Shown one piece after another: positions 49,576 to 58,979 of a stretch of DNA of 64,000 nt. Within the stretch, counting starts at the first letter, position 1, and each line of letters begins with the position of its first letter. Origin of the DNA: Saprospiraceae bacterium (lineage in GTDB: Bacteria > Bacteroidota > Bacteroidia > Chitinophagales > Saprospiraceae); the NCBI GenBank assembly GCA_044227555.1, contig JBGAWQ010000014.1:12206-76205 (forward strand), in the 5' to 3' direction. The notes under the pieces are model-generated. The model searched no databases. It was not told the origin of the DNA and saw only the letters and a list, made by a program, of their open reading frames with translations. The translations under genes were made by a program, and so were the position numbers.

Positions 49576-51969
49576 ATGACTAAAGGAAAAGCAAAGCCAA
49601 CCCTTTCTAAGAAACCTGCTGTCAAACCTGCATTGCCCATGTGGCCTTTGGGTGAGCGCGCTACCTTTCTCCTCTTTGCGGGCGTTGCGTTGGTATTGAC
49701 CCTGATTCTTTTTGCAAAATATCTTTTTGGCCCCAACCTCTATATTTTCAATGATGCCGGTTCAGACACGATTACTGTTTTTTATCCCAATCTTGTGCAG
49801 GCATCGCGCTATTTCCAGGAAGAAGGATGGCCTGGCTGGTCCTTCTATATGGGTCTTGGTACCAATATCTATCCGGGATTTTTGCTCAATCCATTTCACT
49901 GGATATATCTGCATATGGATGCCGTGCATATCGCCTATGCTGTGGCCTGGGTACAAGCGGCTATCCTCTACGTCACGGGCCTTGTATTCTACCGGTTCTT
50001 AAAAGAAGCAGAGTTTGCTTTACCAGTTCGTTTTTTTGGAGCGATAGCGTATGCATTTGGTGGTTACATGGTGTTGGGAAACACATGGTATGGTCATGCG
50101 GATGATATCTTCTGGATGACGAGCGCCATACTCGGATTTGAATTGTTGCTGCGGAGGAAAATATGGTGGTTGTTTCCGATCCCCTTTGTTTTCCTGATGG
50201 GGCCAAGGGGTTATTTCCTGATATTGTTTTTAGCCGTGTACAGCCTGGTCCGAATGCTGGATGTGTATGGATCGTCCTGGAGAGCCATTTTGCACGGCTA
50301 TAAGCGGATGTTCATTGCCGGGCTGATTGGGGTGTGTTTGATCATGCCTTTTGTTGGTGGCAAATGGCACAAATTTGAAAACAGCCCTCGTGTAACAGGC
50401 GATGTATCCTATAGTGACCGATTGTCTGATCAACCTGTCTTTGGAATGTCGGTAATCAAACACAATGTCACGGCTGTGCTCAGGACATTCTCCAATGACA
50501 CCATGGGTGGGGGAACGGACTACAAAGGATGGCGCAACTATCTTGAAGCACCGTGCTTTTATTTCGGGCTCCTGATGTTACTCATGGTGTTTCAGTTTTT
50601 CGCAGTGGCGGACCGGAGGCAACGATGGATCTATGGGTTGTTTTTATTGCTGTGGTTCTGGATAATTCTGTTTCCATGGTTTAGATACGCGTTCTATGGA
50701 TTTGCGGGCAATTATTACAAAGGAGCATTATCCCTCTTTATCCCGTTCAGTTTTCTTTTTGTGGCCCTAAAGGGGATGCAGGAAATCGTTAAAGGAAAGC
50801 GGGTCAATCAGTGGGTTTTGTTTTTGTCCTCTGCGATGCTTTTAATTTTACTCTGGTATCCTTATCAAGTGGAAGGGGTGGAAGTACGTTCAGCCATTCA
50901 ATTGAAAGCCTCCGGATTTATCATCGCATACACCGCTTTGTTGTGGATGTTGGCCGCCGGTATAGGGTCAAAAGTGATGTATCCTACGCTTATCGTGCTG
51001 GCATCTGCAGAAGCATTATGGTTTGCCTGGCCGGCTATCCATGACCGGGATGCTTTGTTGAAATCAGATATTCATGACAAGAAGTTTCACTTTGATGATT
51101 CGATGGAAGCCGTTCAAAAGATTCATGAACAGGATCATGATTTGTTTTATCGAACAGATAAAGTATTTGGATCGATCAAGACCGGATATAATGATGGTAT
51201 GGTCCAGGGATTTTTTGGTACTAAGACCTATCAGTCCCACAATCACAAGCAGTATGTTGAATTTCTGGATAAGGTTGGGGTGATAGATGGTTCGAAGGAA
51301 CAAAACACGCGTTGGCTGATTGGGGTGTCGAGGACCAACCTGTTGCATGGCTTATTTTCTATCAAATACCTATTGTCCAATGCCGAAACGCAGGAGTTTG
51401 TGGACCCGGCAATTTATACCCCTGTGGATACAACCGGTACGATCACTACCTCACTCAATCAGTACTACATTCCGTTTGGGATTCCAATGGATGCTTATGT
51501 GACAAAGGCTGAATTTGAACAATATGAAGTGCCGGGTCGCAGGCGAGTGCTATATTTTGGTGTTGTAGCGGAGGATGGTGCCCCATGGACCAGCAAATTG
51601 CGACATCTGCAAATGAAGCAGGATGAGTTTTTTGGAACGGCTACGCGAGATCGTGTGCAGTCCCTTGTGGATTCAGCGATGACGATGGATTATTTCTCAC
51701 ACAATTTGATCAAAGGGCATATCACAGTATCTAACCCTTCCATGTTGTTTTTTTCCATGCCCTTTGATGTAGGTTGGAAAGCAACGGCGGATGGAGTCCC
51801 GGTAGAGTTGCAAAAGGTGGATATCGGATTTACGGGTATGATGCTTGAACCGGGGACACATCAAATTGAACTGAAGTATGAGCCTCCATTGTCCAGAGAA
51901 GGGTGGTTTGGCTGGATTGGAGCAGCTCTCGGGGTAATACTGCTGATTGTTTTTCGAAAAAAGTTTTAA
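49576..51969 (+). CDS. YfhO-family polytopic membrane protein (GT-C type glycosyltransferase)
   Basis: 797 aa with a Lys/Pro-rich N-tail, about 13 N-terminal helices, a large extracytoplasmic C-domain and a terminal TM. The layout and N-terminal motifs are YfhO-like. Confidence 0.6.
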   Translation: MTKGKAKPTLSKKPAVKPALPMWPLGERATFLLFAGVALVLTLILFAKYLFGPNLYIFNDAGSDTITVFYPNLVQASRYFQEEGWPGWSFYMGLGTNIYPGFLLNPFHWIYLHMDAVHIAYAVAWVQAAILYVTGLVFYRFLKEAEFALPVRFFGAIAYAFGGYMVLGNTWYGHADDIFWMTSAILGFELLLRRKIWWLFPIPFVFLMGPRGYFLILFLAVYSLVRMLDVYGSSWRAILHGYKRMFIAGLIGVCLIMPFVGGKWHKFENSPRVTGDVSYSDRLSDQPVFGMSVIKHNVTAVLRTFSNDTMGGGTDYKGWRNYLEAPCFYFGLLMLLMVFQFFAVADRRQRWIYGLFLLLWFWIILFPWFRYAFYGFAGNYYKGALSLFIPFSFLFVALKGMQEIVKGKRVNQWVLFLSSAMLLILLWYPYQVEGVEVRSAIQLKASGFIIAYTALLWMLAAGIGSKVMYPTLIVLASAEALWFAWPAIHDRDALLKSDIHDKKFHFDDSMEAVQKIHEQDHDLFYRTDKVFGSIKTGYNDGMVQGFFGTKTYQSHNHKQYVEFLDKVGVIDGSKEQNTRWLIGVSRTNLLHGLFSIKYLLSNAETQEFVDPAIYTPVDTTGTITTSLNQYYIPFGIPMDAYVTKAEFEQYEVPGRRRVLYFGVVAEDGAPWTSKLRHLQMKQDEFFGTATRDRVQSLVDSAMTMDYFSHNLIKGHITVSNPSMLFFSMPFDVGWKATADGVPVELQKVDIGFTGMMLEPGTHQIELKYEPPLSREGWFGWIGAALGVILLIVFRKKF

Positions 51970-51981
51970 GCTCACCCCAAG

Positions 51982-53313
51982 TTAGTGGTCCTTCGTCTTG
52001 GTGCGGGAAAGCAACCAGGTGATGTCTGACTTGCGAAGCATCATGATATCAGTCATGTGGAATCCTAGTTTACGTTGTGCCATGATAATGAGATATCCGG
52101 AGGACGTCAGATAAGCAAATGTTGTAGCTATAGATGCTCCGAGAATTCCATATCCCGGGATCAGGAGTATATCGAGTACAATAGTGATCAATACACCTGC
52201 CCATGCCGCACGAACCGGATAGCGCATTTGGTTGATGGCTTTGAAATAGCCGGTAAATACCAGTCGTTGTGAAATGAAAATTACACTTATCGCCAGGATT
52301 TGTGTTGCGGCTATGGCATCGTGGAATGCATGACCAAAGAGTACAGGCACAAAGAGCCATGAGGTCGTAAGGATGAGTACCGCAGCGATGGTTGCCAGGG
52401 AGAAATTAAGTCGTGCAGAACGTTCGACAATCTCATTATGTTCGGCTGGGGAAGCCTCAGCGACATAGGGGATGAGGACCTGATTGAACGGGGTCATAGC
52501 ATCACTGATGAAGTTGGCGATCTGCGTGGCCAGGCCATATTGACCTAATGCCGATGTGCCCCTATAAAACTGGACAAACCAGACATCGAGCCGTTTGTTG
52601 AGAAAATGACCCACTGCACTTAGGAGGCTATTATAGGATAGGTGGGCTATAGGAGGTACAAGCTTTTTGAAATCTTTGGAAAAAACGACGATGTGGTTGC
52701 GTAACACCAGGATGATGCTGAAGACAGCCAGGATCGTTTCGATGAGGAGGATGATCCTTAAACCATCTAAAACCGGCAACACCTGGTTGCCTGGTATTTG
52801 TCTCAGGAGCAATACCCCATAGACTGAGGCAGGGATCACCTGGGAGATCACGACAAATGCATTGAAGGATTTGAATTTGAATTTTCCCCGTAAGGTGGCT
52901 TGTGCCAAGGTGGTTATGCGCCGAAGGAAAAACGCGAGCAGTAGAAATATAAAGAAGAAGATGGTAGGTTGTCCTATTGGAATAATCCATTGTTCGACGC
53001 CGGGAAGTACAAATACTGCCAGGGTCAGCAGGACGCCGAAGACTACCACGGTCAATAGAGCTAATATGCCTACCGCGGAAAATACTGCCGCATTTTGATC
53101 TTTTTCTTTGGCCAGGAAGACCATGAGCGATGTATCGAGCTGAAAGCCGACGATGGTGAAGAAGAGATTCAGGACGGCAAAGGTGAATGTATATACGCCG
53201 TTACCTGCCGGGCCTAACAAGCGGGTCAGGAACACCACTGACAAAAAACTTAGCAGCATCACAGGGATACGGCTAAGCAGTGTCAGTTGAACATCCTTCT
53301 TCAGTCGGCTCAT
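51982..53313 (-). CDS. Wzx-like oligosaccharide/polysaccharide flippase (MOP superfamily)
   Basis: 443 aa, about 12-14 helices, N-terminus KKDVQLTLLSRIPVMLLSFLSVVFLTRLLGPAGNGVY typical of polysaccharide biosynthesis proteins. Confidence 0.75.
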   Translation of the reverse strand: MSRLKKDVQLTLLSRIPVMLLSFLSVVFLTRLLGPAGNGVYTFTFAVLNLFFTIVGFQLDTSLMVFLAKEKDQNAAVFSAVGILALLTVVVFGVLLTLAVFVLPGVEQWIIPIGQPTIFFFIFLLLAFFLRRITTLAQATLRGKFKFKSFNAFVVISQVIPASVYGVLLLRQIPGNQVLPVLDGLRIILLIETILAVFSIILVLRNHIVVFSKDFKKLVPPIAHLSYNSLLSAVGHFLNKRLDVWFVQFYRGTSALGQYGLATQIANFISDAMTPFNQVLIPYVAEASPAEHNEIVERSARLNFSLATIAAVLILTTSWLFVPVLFGHAFHDAIAATQILAISVIFISQRLVFTGYFKAINQMRYPVRAAWAGVLITIVLDILLIPGYGILGASIATTFAYLTSSGYLIIMAQRKLGFHMTDIMMLRKSDITWLLSRTKTKDH

Positions 53314-54431
53314 TTGGATCGGTATTGATCAATCTGAGACAGATAAGCCGTTGCGATCGATGGCCATGCGAATCGTTCGATGGCTCGTTTCCTTCCTGCG
53401 TTCCTGAGGTGATTACCGTAGTCGGCATCGGTGATCAGTTGACGGATGGCCGTTTTCAAGGCATGCACATCACCGGGTGTAATACAAATCCCGGTTTCGC
53501 CAACAGATTCAGGGCAGCCGGAGACATTGGAGGTGATGACTGCGCAGCCGGAAGCTAGTGCTTCCAGTAAAGCGATACTTGCATTTTCTCTTGCTGATAT
53601 CAGGCAGAAAATAGAGGCTTCGGCAAGTAGTGTGCGATAGGATTCACTTCGGTTGTCAAGCCATCCATGGAATATAACGGGGGTCTTGCTGTGTAGGGCC
53701 TGGTCCTGAAGGGATTTTTTCATCGGTCCATCACCGCATATATGGACTTCTAACGGCAGGGGTTCATCAGCGACGGCTTCGATCAGGTGTTGAAAGCCTT
53801 TGCGTTCGAGGAGTCTGCCAGTAGCCAGGATGATAGGTTTTTTAATACCCGGCTTAAAATATCCGGTGTCGATTCCATTGGGGATATGAACCATTTTTTC
53901 AGCAGGTATACCTTCGAGTCCTTGCATCAGTGCAATCAGATAGGTCGACGGAGAAATAATCCGATGGCTATGATTCATAATCGACCGGATGAGCGGAGGT
54001 GTAAATCGATGGGTGTGATAAAACCGGTCTGGATTGAAGCCGGGGATATCGCTTCCGTGAGCTGTAATGGTGTAGGGGATGCCGTAGGACCGTTGTAGCC
54101 ATCTCGCCAGAATGCCGGTCGGCACCAGAAAGTGGGTAAAACAAAAATCAAAGGTTTGTTTCTTCAATAGTTTTTTAAGAAACCTCCTTGCGGCTACCAC
54201 AAATGCAATATGTTCCCACAGGTACGAAATGTGTTTATGCACCCTGAAGCTGTGAATGCGGTAGATGTTGATTCCATCAATAGTTTCCTGATTGGCCGTG
54301 TGTTTGTGTGCCATGGTGATGACCGTCACCTCATGCCCCATAGCCACAAACTCCCTGTTGATCGCATGGATGACCGGGGACGCGCCGCCTCCCAATGGGG
54401 GATATTCGATGGTGAGGATAAGTAGTTTCAT
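53310..54431 (-). CDS. GT4-family (group 1) glycosyltransferase
   Basis: MKLLILTIEYPPLGGGAS N-terminus. C-terminal EASIALLEALASGCAVITSNVSG (E-x7-E region). ATGA overlap with the flippase start. Confidence 0.85.
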   Translation of the reverse strand: MKLLILTIEYPPLGGGASPVIHAINREFVAMGHEVTVITMAHKHTANQETIDGINIYRIHSFRVHKHISYLWEHIAFVVAARRFLKKLLKKQTFDFCFTHFLVPTGILARWLQRSYGIPYTITAHGSDIPGFNPDRFYHTHRFTPPLIRSIMNHSHRIISPSTYLIALMQGLEGIPAEKMVHIPNGIDTGYFKPGIKKPIILATGRLLERKGFQHLIEAVADEPLPLEVHICGDGPMKKSLQDQALHSKTPVIFHGWLDNRSESYRTLLAEASIFCLISARENASIALLEALASGCAVITSNVSGCPESVGETGICITPGDVHALKTAIRQLITDADYGNHLRNAGRKRAIERFAWPSIATAYLSQIDQYRSK

Positions 54432-54432
54432 G

Positions 54433-55284
54433 TCATGCTCCGCCAAACCAGGCCATTAGTTTTTTTTGATATGGGCGCAGTATGTTGACCCACTCTTCAT
54501 CTTTTCGGAGCCCATTGAAGTGGGTGGCGAATTCGGTGCGTGTTTTTTCATTTCCGGAGATCACATGGTGGTTGGCATGGGAGGCATAGGTTGCCGGAAT
54601 ATTTACCTGGAGGAAATCAGACAGTCGTTTTGCCTCATCAGCCCAATGTTCGTAAAATCTATCATATCGGACTTCCAGAAAGGGGATTTTGTTGGCCTTG
54701 AGAAATTTGTTGGTCATGCGGTCATTCAGCCGGATGGACATCCATGCGCTTAAAAAGGATTTGCCACGTTTGACAAAGGAGCTCACTGTGGCCTTGGTGT
54801 TGCGGCGAAGCCAGATGATCCGGATGGTGTCAGATGGAAGGATAGACAACCAGGCGTTGAGCATCCAGATGCTTTTTGAGCTGTCGATCCAGTACATTGC
54901 TTCAGGATATTGTTGATGGATTCTGTCCTGCAGTGAATCATAAAGAGAATGCATTGCGGATTGAGGAGAGGGGCTCATGGGAATTCGTTTTCTCCATAAG
55001 AATTGCAGGGGAGACGTATTCCGCATGGAAAGGGTTGCTTTTTGCTTCAGGTCATTGAACGTTTCAAAATAGCCATGATAGAATTGACATTGGTCCACGG
55101 GATGGCCACAGGTGCAATAGCGGTCTTTGAGCCAGGTCCTGGTTTTTACTTCGCCAAGGTTGATGATCTGCGGATGGGAAGACAGGAAAAAGGACAGGAG
55201 GGTAGAACCGCAATGGGAGTTGCCCAGAATAAAGATCATGGGAACGGGGGGCAAGGGGGTATGGTCCTCCGTATTTCCTGGCAT
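54433..55284 (-). CDS. PAPS-dependent sulfotransferase family protein
   Basis: 5'-PSB-like loop IFILGNSHCGSTLLS and 3'-PB-like IWLRRNTKATVSS. Its stop lies 1 nt before the GT4 ATG. ATG at 55284 chosen. Confidence 0.65.
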   Translation of the reverse strand: MPGNTEDHTPLPPVPMIFILGNSHCGSTLLSFFLSSHPQIINLGEVKTRTWLKDRYCTCGHPVDQCQFYHGYFETFNDLKQKATLSMRNTSPLQFLWRKRIPMSPSPQSAMHSLYDSLQDRIHQQYPEAMYWIDSSKSIWMLNAWLSILPSDTIRIIWLRRNTKATVSSFVKRGKSFLSAWMSIRLNDRMTNKFLKANKIPFLEVRYDRFYEHWADEAKRLSDFLQVNIPATYASHANHHVISGNEKTRTEFATHFNGLRKDEEWVNILRPYQKKLMAWFGGA

Positions 55285-55371
55285 GGATGTGGTCACTGAT
55301 GACCGAAGATACAAAAGGTCCGGATGCGCTAATGAAGTTGGCTTAAGGAGAAGGAGAACAGGCTATGGGAA

Positions 55372-56661
55372 TCAGGTTTTACGCTGTTTTTTTTCAGCGG
55401 CGGGAAAGAGTACGTTGTTGAGGATGAGCCTGTAACCCGGGCTGTTGGGATGCAGATTAAGGTCTGTGTCAGGATCCGTCACATAGTGCCTGTAATCTTC
55501 CGGGTCATGGCCGCCGTAGAATGTCCAGGTGCCAAAGCCGAATTCACCGTGTATGTAACGAACCTCATTTTCCGGTTTGTTTTCCCCCAGGATCAGTACA
55601 TCCGGTTTGACATATTCCTTATCAAAAGCGGTGGTCTGGCCCATGAAGCCTTTGACGGTGGTAGTATGGCATTGCGTCAGCATGGTTGGGATCGGATCCC
55701 ATTTGGCGGAAAAGGTGAAGAGCGTGAAGTAGTCCATCTCTGGAGCAACATTTCGATCGCGGTGGTCGATGGTCGAAAACTCATACTCCATCGGGTTGGT
55801 GACCAGCTGAAAATCACGAAATGCAAAACACTTGCTGAAATCCAGTTTGGATTGCGCATCCGGATCCTGGGGATCGCCATCGAATACTTCAGCGCAGATA
55901 TCCAGGCCTTCGGCCGCAAGGGCGATGTCATATGAGTCTGTGGCGCTGCACATGGCAAACATAAATCCACCGCCACCTACAAACTGGCGGATTTCATTGA
56001 CGACGGCGAGTTTGAGTTGTGAAACTTTCGAAAAGCCAAGGCTGGTCGCCAGTTCTTCCTGTAATCTTTGATTCTCGCGATACCAGGGCTGCATGCCGAA
56101 AGAGCGGTAAAACTTACCGTATTGTCCTGTAAAATCTTCGTGATGCAAATGGAGCCAGTCGTATTGGGCGAGTTTGCCGGAAAGCACTTCCCGATCGTAC
56201 ACTTTGTCGTAGGGGATTTCGGCATAGGTCAGGACGAGGGTCACCGCATCGTCCCAGGGTTGGATCCTTTCGCCCCTGGAATTAAAGTCAGGGGTATAGA
56301 CGGCGATTTTGGGAGCCACTTCAAGCTTGATGGTCTCCATATTGGCTTCCGGGTTGGAGATTTCCGTTCGGATTTGCCCAAACTCCCCATTGGAGATCAC
56401 CTGGTAGGTGACATCGCGGGTTTTGCATTCTTTTTCGAAGAGCTCGTTGGCTTCGAAGGCGAAAGAGCCGCCTCTGTAATTGAGGAGCCAGTAGGCTTCG
56501 ACGCCGGCATCCAGGACCCAATAGGTGATTCCGTACGCTTTGAGGTGGTTACGCTGGGTTTCATCCATGGGGATGAGGATGTACGAAGCGAACAATGATT
56601 GGGTACTCAAAAGTAGCCCCAGCATAAAAAGAATGGATTTCACTCCCGGAAACCTGCCCAT
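55372..56661 (-). CDS. Secreted hypothetical protein with GATase1-like (DJ-1/ThuA-like) core
   Basis: Signal peptide MGRFPGVKSILFMLGLLLSTQSLFA. KIAVYTP...WLHLHHEDF...GGGFMFAMCSATD resembles a class-I amidotransferase-like fold. No firm family call. Confidence 0.45.
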   Translation of the reverse strand: MGRFPGVKSILFMLGLLLSTQSLFASYILIPMDETQRNHLKAYGITYWVLDAGVEAYWLLNYRGGSFAFEANELFEKECKTRDVTYQVISNGEFGQIRTEISNPEANMETIKLEVAPKIAVYTPDFNSRGERIQPWDDAVTLVLTYAEIPYDKVYDREVLSGKLAQYDWLHLHHEDFTGQYGKFYRSFGMQPWYRENQRLQEELATSLGFSKVSQLKLAVVNEIRQFVGGGGFMFAMCSATDSYDIALAAEGLDICAEVFDGDPQDPDAQSKLDFSKCFAFRDFQLVTNPMEYEFSTIDHRDRNVAPEMDYFTLFTFSAKWDPIPTMLTQCHTTTVKGFMGQTTAFDKEYVKPDVLILGENKPENEVRYIHGEFGFGTWTFYGGHDPEDYRHYVTDPDTDLNLHPNSPGYRLILNNVLFPAAEKKQRKT

Positions 56662-56831
56662 ATATCGCTGAAATTGAACCAAAATGGCGTTAAAGATACC
56701 CTTAAAACGACCTAAAGGTTCAAAAAATTGATTCCTGATGGTGGGTTTTCGGCTTTCCCTGAGGTTGGATATTTTTTCAATCTTTGTGAGCGTTTAACTA
56801 TCGAATAGTTTTCTCAAATAAAAGCGGACCT

Positions 56832-58937
56832 GTGCAGCATCTTAACTGGCAATATCCTACCTGGTATCTAGTGTTTTGTGTCGCCGCAGGGGTATTGGCT
56901 GCGGTCTTTCTCTACAGGCGGGATACGACATTTTCGGACCAGGCTCCGTTGCTGAGGTATATCATGGCTTTCCTTCGTGGACTGGTCGTCACGGTGCTGT
57001 GCAGCCTGTTGCTTTCTCCTTTACTTAAGTTGATGGAGAGTCGTGCGGAGCCACCGGTCATTGTCATCGCCCAGGATCAATCTCTAAGTGTGAGGTCAGC
57101 ATTGGCCGGTCCGGATTCCAGTCAGTATTTCAAAAGTCTTCAGCAACTCAGTGAACGGCTTTCTGAAAAATATGTGGTGCATCGGTTGGGTTTTGGGGAA
57201 GAAGTGCAGCAAGTAGATCAATGGTTGCTCAATGATCAGGCCAGTGATCTGGGTGAATGCATGACGTATCTGCAGGAGCAATATAAGGGGCAGAATGTGG
57301 GTGCCGTCATTATTGCTTCTGATGGCGCGATCAATCGGGGAAAGAATCCGCTTTACATACCTACCGGCTTGACGGCACCATTGTCTGTGATTGCGCTCGG
57401 AGATACTGTCGTCAAAACCGATCTGCAGATCAGGGATGTGTTTCACAACAGCATAGCCTATCTCGGGGATAAGTTTACGGTCCAGGTAGATGTAGCGGCT
57501 ATGCGATTGCAAGGGATCAACTCTTCGTTGGAAGTCCGTCGTATCCATGACCAGCAAAATGAATTGCTTGAGAAAATACCTGTAGCGGTGACTTCAGATC
57601 CCTGGTTTGAGACCCGAAGTATTGTCATAGAAGCCAAGCAAAGTGGGGTGCAGCACTATCGGGTGCAGTTGACACAGGTGAGAAATGAGGTTACGTATGT
57701 CAATAATGTCCGTGACTTTTTTGTGGAGGTGATTGATGGCCGGCTGAAGGTATTGTTGTTGGCCAACAGTCCACACCCTGATCTTGCTGTTTGGAGGGCC
57801 GCATTACTGGAGCAAAAGAATTACGAGGTCGATATTCAGATGGCATCAGATATGACGGTCGCCAAACTCAAAGGGTACGATCTCGTGGTGCTTCATCAAT
57901 TGCCATCGGCTAAATTTCCGGTTCGGGATATTCAGGATGCCTTGAAGGATCAGCATATCCCTGTGATCTATGTGCTGGGATATCAGACTGATCTATTTGC
58001 CTTTAATACGGCCCAGTCTATCCTGCAAGTGGACAATGCGGGAAACCGGACTCCCAATGAAGTCACGATGTTGTTTAACACCGGGTTTAATAGTTTCAAT
58101 ACGTCGGAAGATCTACGTCAAAAGGTCGAAACGTTCAGTCCCGTGTTGTCCCCTTATGGAGATTATCGTCCTTCCCCATCGGCGCAGATATTGGCCTATC
58201 AGCGAATCGGAAAAGTGGACACCCAGTATCCGCTGATCCTCATGGGTGAAGCCAATGATCTCCGGACCGTCGTGATTGCAGGGGAAGGCATATGGAAATG
58301 GCAGTTGTACGATCAATTACAAAACGGCTCCAAGGAAGTCACCCATGAACTTCTCAGTCAGTTGTGTCAGTATGCTTCTACCAAATCCGATAAGCGGAAA
58401 TTCAGAGTGACCACACCTAAGAAGTTATTTACGGAGTTGGAGGAGATTTCCTTCCAGGCGGAATTATATAATGACAATTACGAGTTGATCAACACGCCCG
58501 AAGTTTTTCTCAAAATCCGAAATGCGGACCGACAGGAGTTTGAATATACGTTCAACACGGCTGACCAGGCGTATGCTCTGCAGGTTGGACGTTTTCCAGA
58601 AGGCAGCTATACCTATACCGCCACTACGGATTTGAATGGCGTGCGGCAGACCGCAGATGGTCAATTTGTGGTTCAGCCGGTGCAGCTTGAATCCATGACT
58701 TCCACGGCGGATCATGGATTGTTGAGACAGCTTGCAGGGCAATATGGAGGGATGGTAGTACATCCGGATCAAATGGATCAACTGGCGGATCAGATACTTG
58801 GCAATGATTCCATCAAGCCTGTGTTGTATACGACGACCCAAACCCGTCCATTGATCCACCTCAAATGGTTGTGCTTTGCGCTTTTGGCCGGGCTCAGCGT
58901 GGAGTGGTTTTTGAGAAGGTACTATGGAGGGTATTAA
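56832..58937 (+). CDS. Membrane protein with N-terminal double-TM anchor (BatA-N-like), vWA/GATase1-like middle and C-terminal TM
   Basis: QYPTWYLVFCVAAGVLAAVFLYRR..RGLVVTVLCSLLLSPLL N-terminus. LKVLLLANSPHPDLAVW..YDLVVLHQLPS. C-terminal helix LCFALLAGLSVEWFL. GTG start. Confidence 0.5.
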   Translation: MQHLNWQYPTWYLVFCVAAGVLAAVFLYRRDTTFSDQAPLLRYIMAFLRGLVVTVLCSLLLSPLLKLMESRAEPPVIVIAQDQSLSVRSALAGPDSSQYFKSLQQLSERLSEKYVVHRLGFGEEVQQVDQWLLNDQASDLGECMTYLQEQYKGQNVGAVIIASDGAINRGKNPLYIPTGLTAPLSVIALGDTVVKTDLQIRDVFHNSIAYLGDKFTVQVDVAAMRLQGINSSLEVRRIHDQQNELLEKIPVAVTSDPWFETRSIVIEAKQSGVQHYRVQLTQVRNEVTYVNNVRDFFVEVIDGRLKVLLLANSPHPDLAVWRAALLEQKNYEVDIQMASDMTVAKLKGYDLVVLHQLPSAKFPVRDIQDALKDQHIPVIYVLGYQTDLFAFNTAQSILQVDNAGNRTPNEVTMLFNTGFNSFNTSEDLRQKVETFSPVLSPYGDYRPSPSAQILAYQRIGKVDTQYPLILMGEANDLRTVVIAGEGIWKWQLYDQLQNGSKEVTHELLSQLCQYASTKSDKRKFRVTTPKKLFTELEEISFQAELYNDNYELINTPEVFLKIRNADRQEFEYTFNTADQAYALQVGRFPEGSYTYTATTDLNGVRQTADGQFVVQPVQLESMTSTADHGLLRQLAGQYGGMVVHPDQMDQLADQILGNDSIKPVLYTTTQTRPLIHLKWLCFALLAGLSVEWFLRRYYGGY

Positions 58938-58979
58938 AAAAGGAGAAAAGGCAATACATTAGAGAACAATTCAATAGCT

